Assembly (NCBI GenBank): GCA_002269645.1
Contig: NIVC01000130.1
Location: 558,001 to 622,000, forward strand
DNA: 64,000 nucleotides
Direction: 5' to 3'
Source: Macrostomum lignano
Taxonomy: Eukaryota
The notes under the pieces: generated by a model
Told to the model about the DNA's origin: nothing
Database searches by the model: none
Seen by the model: only the letters and a program-made list of their open reading frames with translations
Translations under genes and position numbers: made by a program
Shown: positions 60,350 through 64,000 of the stretch, piece after piece
Layout of the letters: each line of letters begins with the position of its first letter
Position numbering within the stretch: the stretch's first letter is position 1

Positions 60350-62508
60350 GGGGATTGCTGATCCAGCCTATATCGATAATTGGAGTGGATTGCTGATCCA
60401 GCCTATATCGATAATTGGAGTGGATTGCTAATCTAGCCTATATCAATAATTAGATAAAGTGGATTACTAATCTAGCCTATATCAATCATTAGATAAAGTG
60501 GATTACTAATCTAGCCTACATCGATAATTAGATAAAGTGGATTGCTAATCTAGCCTACATCGATAATTAGATAAAGTGGATTGCTAATCTAGCCTATATC
60601 GATAATTGATGGGGTGGATTGCTAATCTAGCCTATATCGATAATTGATTGAGTGGATTGCTAATCTAGCCTATATCGATAATTGATGGAGTGGATTGCTA
60701 ATCTAGCCTATATCGATAATTGATGGGGTGGATTGCTAATCTAGCCTATATCGATAATTAGATAGAAGTGGATTGCAAATCTAGCCTATATCGATAATTA
60801 GATAGAAGTGGATTGCTAATCTAGCCTATATCGATAATTGATGGAGTGGATTGCTAATCTAGCCTATATCGATAATTGATGGATTGGATTGCTAATCTAG
60901 CCTATATCGATAATTAGATAGAAGTGGATTGCTAATCTAGCCTATATCGATAATTAGATAGAAGTGGATTGCTAATCTAGCCTATATCGATAATTGATGG
61001 AGTGGATTGCTAATCTAGCCTATATCGATAATTGATGGAGTGGATTGCTAATCTAGCCTATATCGATAATTGATGGAGTGGATTGCTAATCTAGCCTATA
61101 TCGCTAATTGATGGAGTGGATTGCTAATCTAGCTATATCGATAATTGATGGAGTGGATTGCTAATCTAGCTATATCGATAATTGATGGAGTGGATTGCTA
61201 ATCTAGCTATATCGATAATTGATGGAGTGGATTGCTAATCTAGCTATATCGATAATTGATGGAGTGGATTGCTAATCTAGCTATATCGATAATTGATGGA
61301 GTGGATTGCTAATCTAGCCTATATCGATAATTGATGAAGTGGATTGCTAATCTAGCCTATATCGATAATTGATGGAGTGGATTGCTAATCTAGCTATATC
61401 GATAATTGATGGAGTGGATTGCTAATCTAGCTATATCGATAATTGATGGAGTGGATTGCTAATCTAGCTATATCGATAATTGATGGAGTGGATTGCTAAT
61501 CTATTCAACTAGATCGATGAATAGTTAATAGTGGATTGCTAATCTAGCTATATCGATAATTGATGGAGTGGATTGCTAATCTATTCAACTAGATCGAAGA
61601 ATAGTTAATAGTGGATTGCTAATCTAGCTATATCGATAATTGATGGAGTGGATTGCTAATCTATTCAACTAGATCGAAGAATAGTTAATAGTGGATTGCT
61701 AATCTAGCTATATCGATAATTGATGGAGTGGATTGCTAATCTATTCAACTAGATCGAAGAATAGTTAATAGTGGATTGCTAATCTAGCTATATCGATAAT
61801 TGATGGAGTGGATTGCTAATCTATTCAACTAGATCGAAGAATAGTTAATAGTGGATTGCTAATCTAGCTATATCGATAATTGATGGAGTGGATTGCTAAT
61901 CTATTCAACTAGATCGAAGAATAGTTAATAGTGGATTGCTAATCTAGCTATATCGATAATTGATGGAGTGGATTGCTAATATATTCAACTAGATCGAAGA
62001 ATAGTTAATAGTGGATTGCTAATCTAGCTATATCGATAATTGATGGAGTGGATTGCTAATATATTCAACTAGATCGATGAATAGTTAATAGTGGATTGCT
62101 AATCTAGCTATATCGATAATTGATGGAGTGGATTGCTAATCTATTCAACTAGATCGATGAATAGTTAATAGTGGATTGCTAATCTAGCTATATCGATAAT
62201 TGATGGAGTGGATTGCTAATCTATTCAACTAGATCGATGAATAGTTAATAGTGGATTGCTAATCTAGCTATATCGATAATTGATGGAGTGGATTGCTAAT
62301 CTATTCAACTAGATCGAAGAATAGTTAATAGTGGATTGCTAATCTAGCTATATCGATAATTGATGGAGTGGATTGCTAATATATTCAACTAGATCGATGA
62401 ATAGTTAATAGTGGATTGCTAATCTAGCTATATCGATAATTGATGGAGTGGATTGCTAATCTATTCAACTAGATCGATGAATAGTTAATAGTGGATTGCT
62501 AATCTAGC
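60350..62508. repeat. 37-40-bp minisatellite converting to an 80-bp dimer, 3' of p190
   Basis: GTGGATTGCTAATCTAGC(C)TATATCGATAATTGATGGA monomers; 80-bp period from ~61500 (61621, 61701). Confidence 0.95.
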
Positions 62509-63266
62509 TCAGCGTATTTTTATATAACGCCTAAGCGTTGCCTCATCTACTTTGCTTGTTATAAATTGCTTCGTTAAGATAGTGCTTTTTTGTACTATAT
62601 TTACATTCTGTTAGCATCTCCACTATAGTCTATCCGTGTTTGGCCTGTTAATCTGTTTATCATTTTTGTCATTAATTGTTTGCAGTTTGTTAAGGGCGGT
62701 TCGAGCTTTATCTATTAAATTTGCCAATAAATTTTATTTTATCCATTTATAGCGCTCCTCATTTAAACTTACTGCATAAGTAGTTATAACTGCAGTTATT
62801 AGAAATTGATTTCAGCAATGATTGTCAATAATTTCAAGCACTCCTCTCATGTTTGCCAACATTTTTGCTGCGTGGTTTTCTCTGTTTTTTGTCTGTCTCT
62901 CTCCTGTTTTCTAATTCCGGGGTTAAAATCTTTGTGTGCGCCATAGTTTCCTCTCGCTTGCCATTGTGCTCCTTCACCGCACCTTTATTCGGCTATATTG
63001 ACAGGTTTATTTGGTTATTTATTATATTTTTGTTTAAATTTAGCTAGAATAAAAATAAATTAATTAATTAAAATGTCACACATGCTTTGCTCGCCTACTC
63101 GCAGTAGGTGAATGCGGACTTTATTGCTATTTTATTTTCGGCACTATTAAGAAGCATATAAATTTATACAGTCTTTTATTATATTAAATATTGGGTTTCT
63201 TTCTCTGCTCAATGCGGTGTCCAATTTATTGATATATCAGTTTCCTATGCTTGAATAGTATATATA

Positions 63267-63460
63267 GGGCCGTATGCAGAAAGCTCTGTCTAGGGTAGTC
63301 CGGTCTTGAAAAGCTAGTCTGGACTTGGATTTGGTATGCAGAAACACAAAGTTAGACCAGTCTACTATAGACAGAACTAGACTAGCTGGACCATAGACTA
63401 TAGACTGAACTACCCAAGTCCGGACTAGCTAGTCTAGACTAGATTTTCTGCATACGGCCC
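63267..63460. mobile_element. 194-bp MITE (PIF/Harbinger-like, tentative)
   Basis: 16-bp perfect TIR GGGCCGTATGCAGAAA (63267-63282, 63445-63460) with 3-bp ATA on both flanks. Confidence 0.75.
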
Positions 63461-63904
63461 ATATAGTAGTCATAATAATGCTCCTATTTTGTATAGATAT
63501 ACAAATCAATAGAGAGAATTCCCGTGTACACAGCGCTTCCTTGTCAATTGTATTCTCTGCCATTAATTTTATTATTTTTTTCTTCTAGAAAACGCCATTT
63601 TTGTGTCAAGAATTTTTTAAACTTCCAATAATATTTAATGCTTTAATATTTATTTCCAATTAAAATTGTATTTAATAGCAGTCAGTAATTGCAGCTAAAT
63701 AAATGGTGGTTGGTATACCTGGATGCGTTTTTTGCCTGGGTCTTGGCTGGGCCCTCTTTCTAGCCATATCCTGGTCTAGAATTCCATTGTTGTGTCAGAT
63801 GTTGCACAAATTTCCCAATAGATTTGTTGCTTTTAATGTGTTTTTCGGTTTTATTTTATGTATATTGCGGGCTTTGATTTTAATGGCAAGTTGGATGAGT
63901 TCGG

Positions 63905-64000
63905 CGTGTCAGAGGGCGCCAGAACTGGGGTGTCAGAGGGCGCCAGAACTGGGGTGTCAGAGGGTGCCCCAACTGGGGTGTCAAAGGGTGCCACAACTGG
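63905..64000. repeat. 24-bp minisatellite (continues off-window)
   Basis: GTGTCAGAGGGCGCCAGAACTGGG units. Confidence 0.9.

Overview
Eukaryotic (animal) genomic window with spliced genes. GC-rich exons with poly-Q/G/A tracts and tandem-repeat-filled introns suggest a free-living flatworm such as Macrostomum (inference only). Six host genes were reconstructed by hand from phase-consistent GT-AG sites: two tandem GT32 (DxD, SUR1/OCH1-like) glycosyltransferases, NOL9-like polynucleotide kinase, OSGEP/Kae1, a MAM-like single-pass membrane protein, and p190RhoGAP (one frameshift). Mobile DNA: an intact APE-RT-RNaseH LINE with TSD, a CORE-type tRNA-SINE, a decayed P/THAP9 transposase, a full-length but disabled Gypsy with both LTRs, a PHD-bearing MULE-like element and two MITEs. 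Most notable observations: (i) two dispersed copies of a ~190-bp repeat carrying the 28S rRNA R2/I-PpoI target region with its core scrambled; (ii) all 19 predicted introns carry their own tandem array while the 16-kb transposon nest has none; (iii) a gene-conversion-like tract over the catalytic exon of the GT32 pair; (iv) strong local AGGCCT enrichment matching a MITE target site. All alignments and counts were done by eye; no database searches were run.
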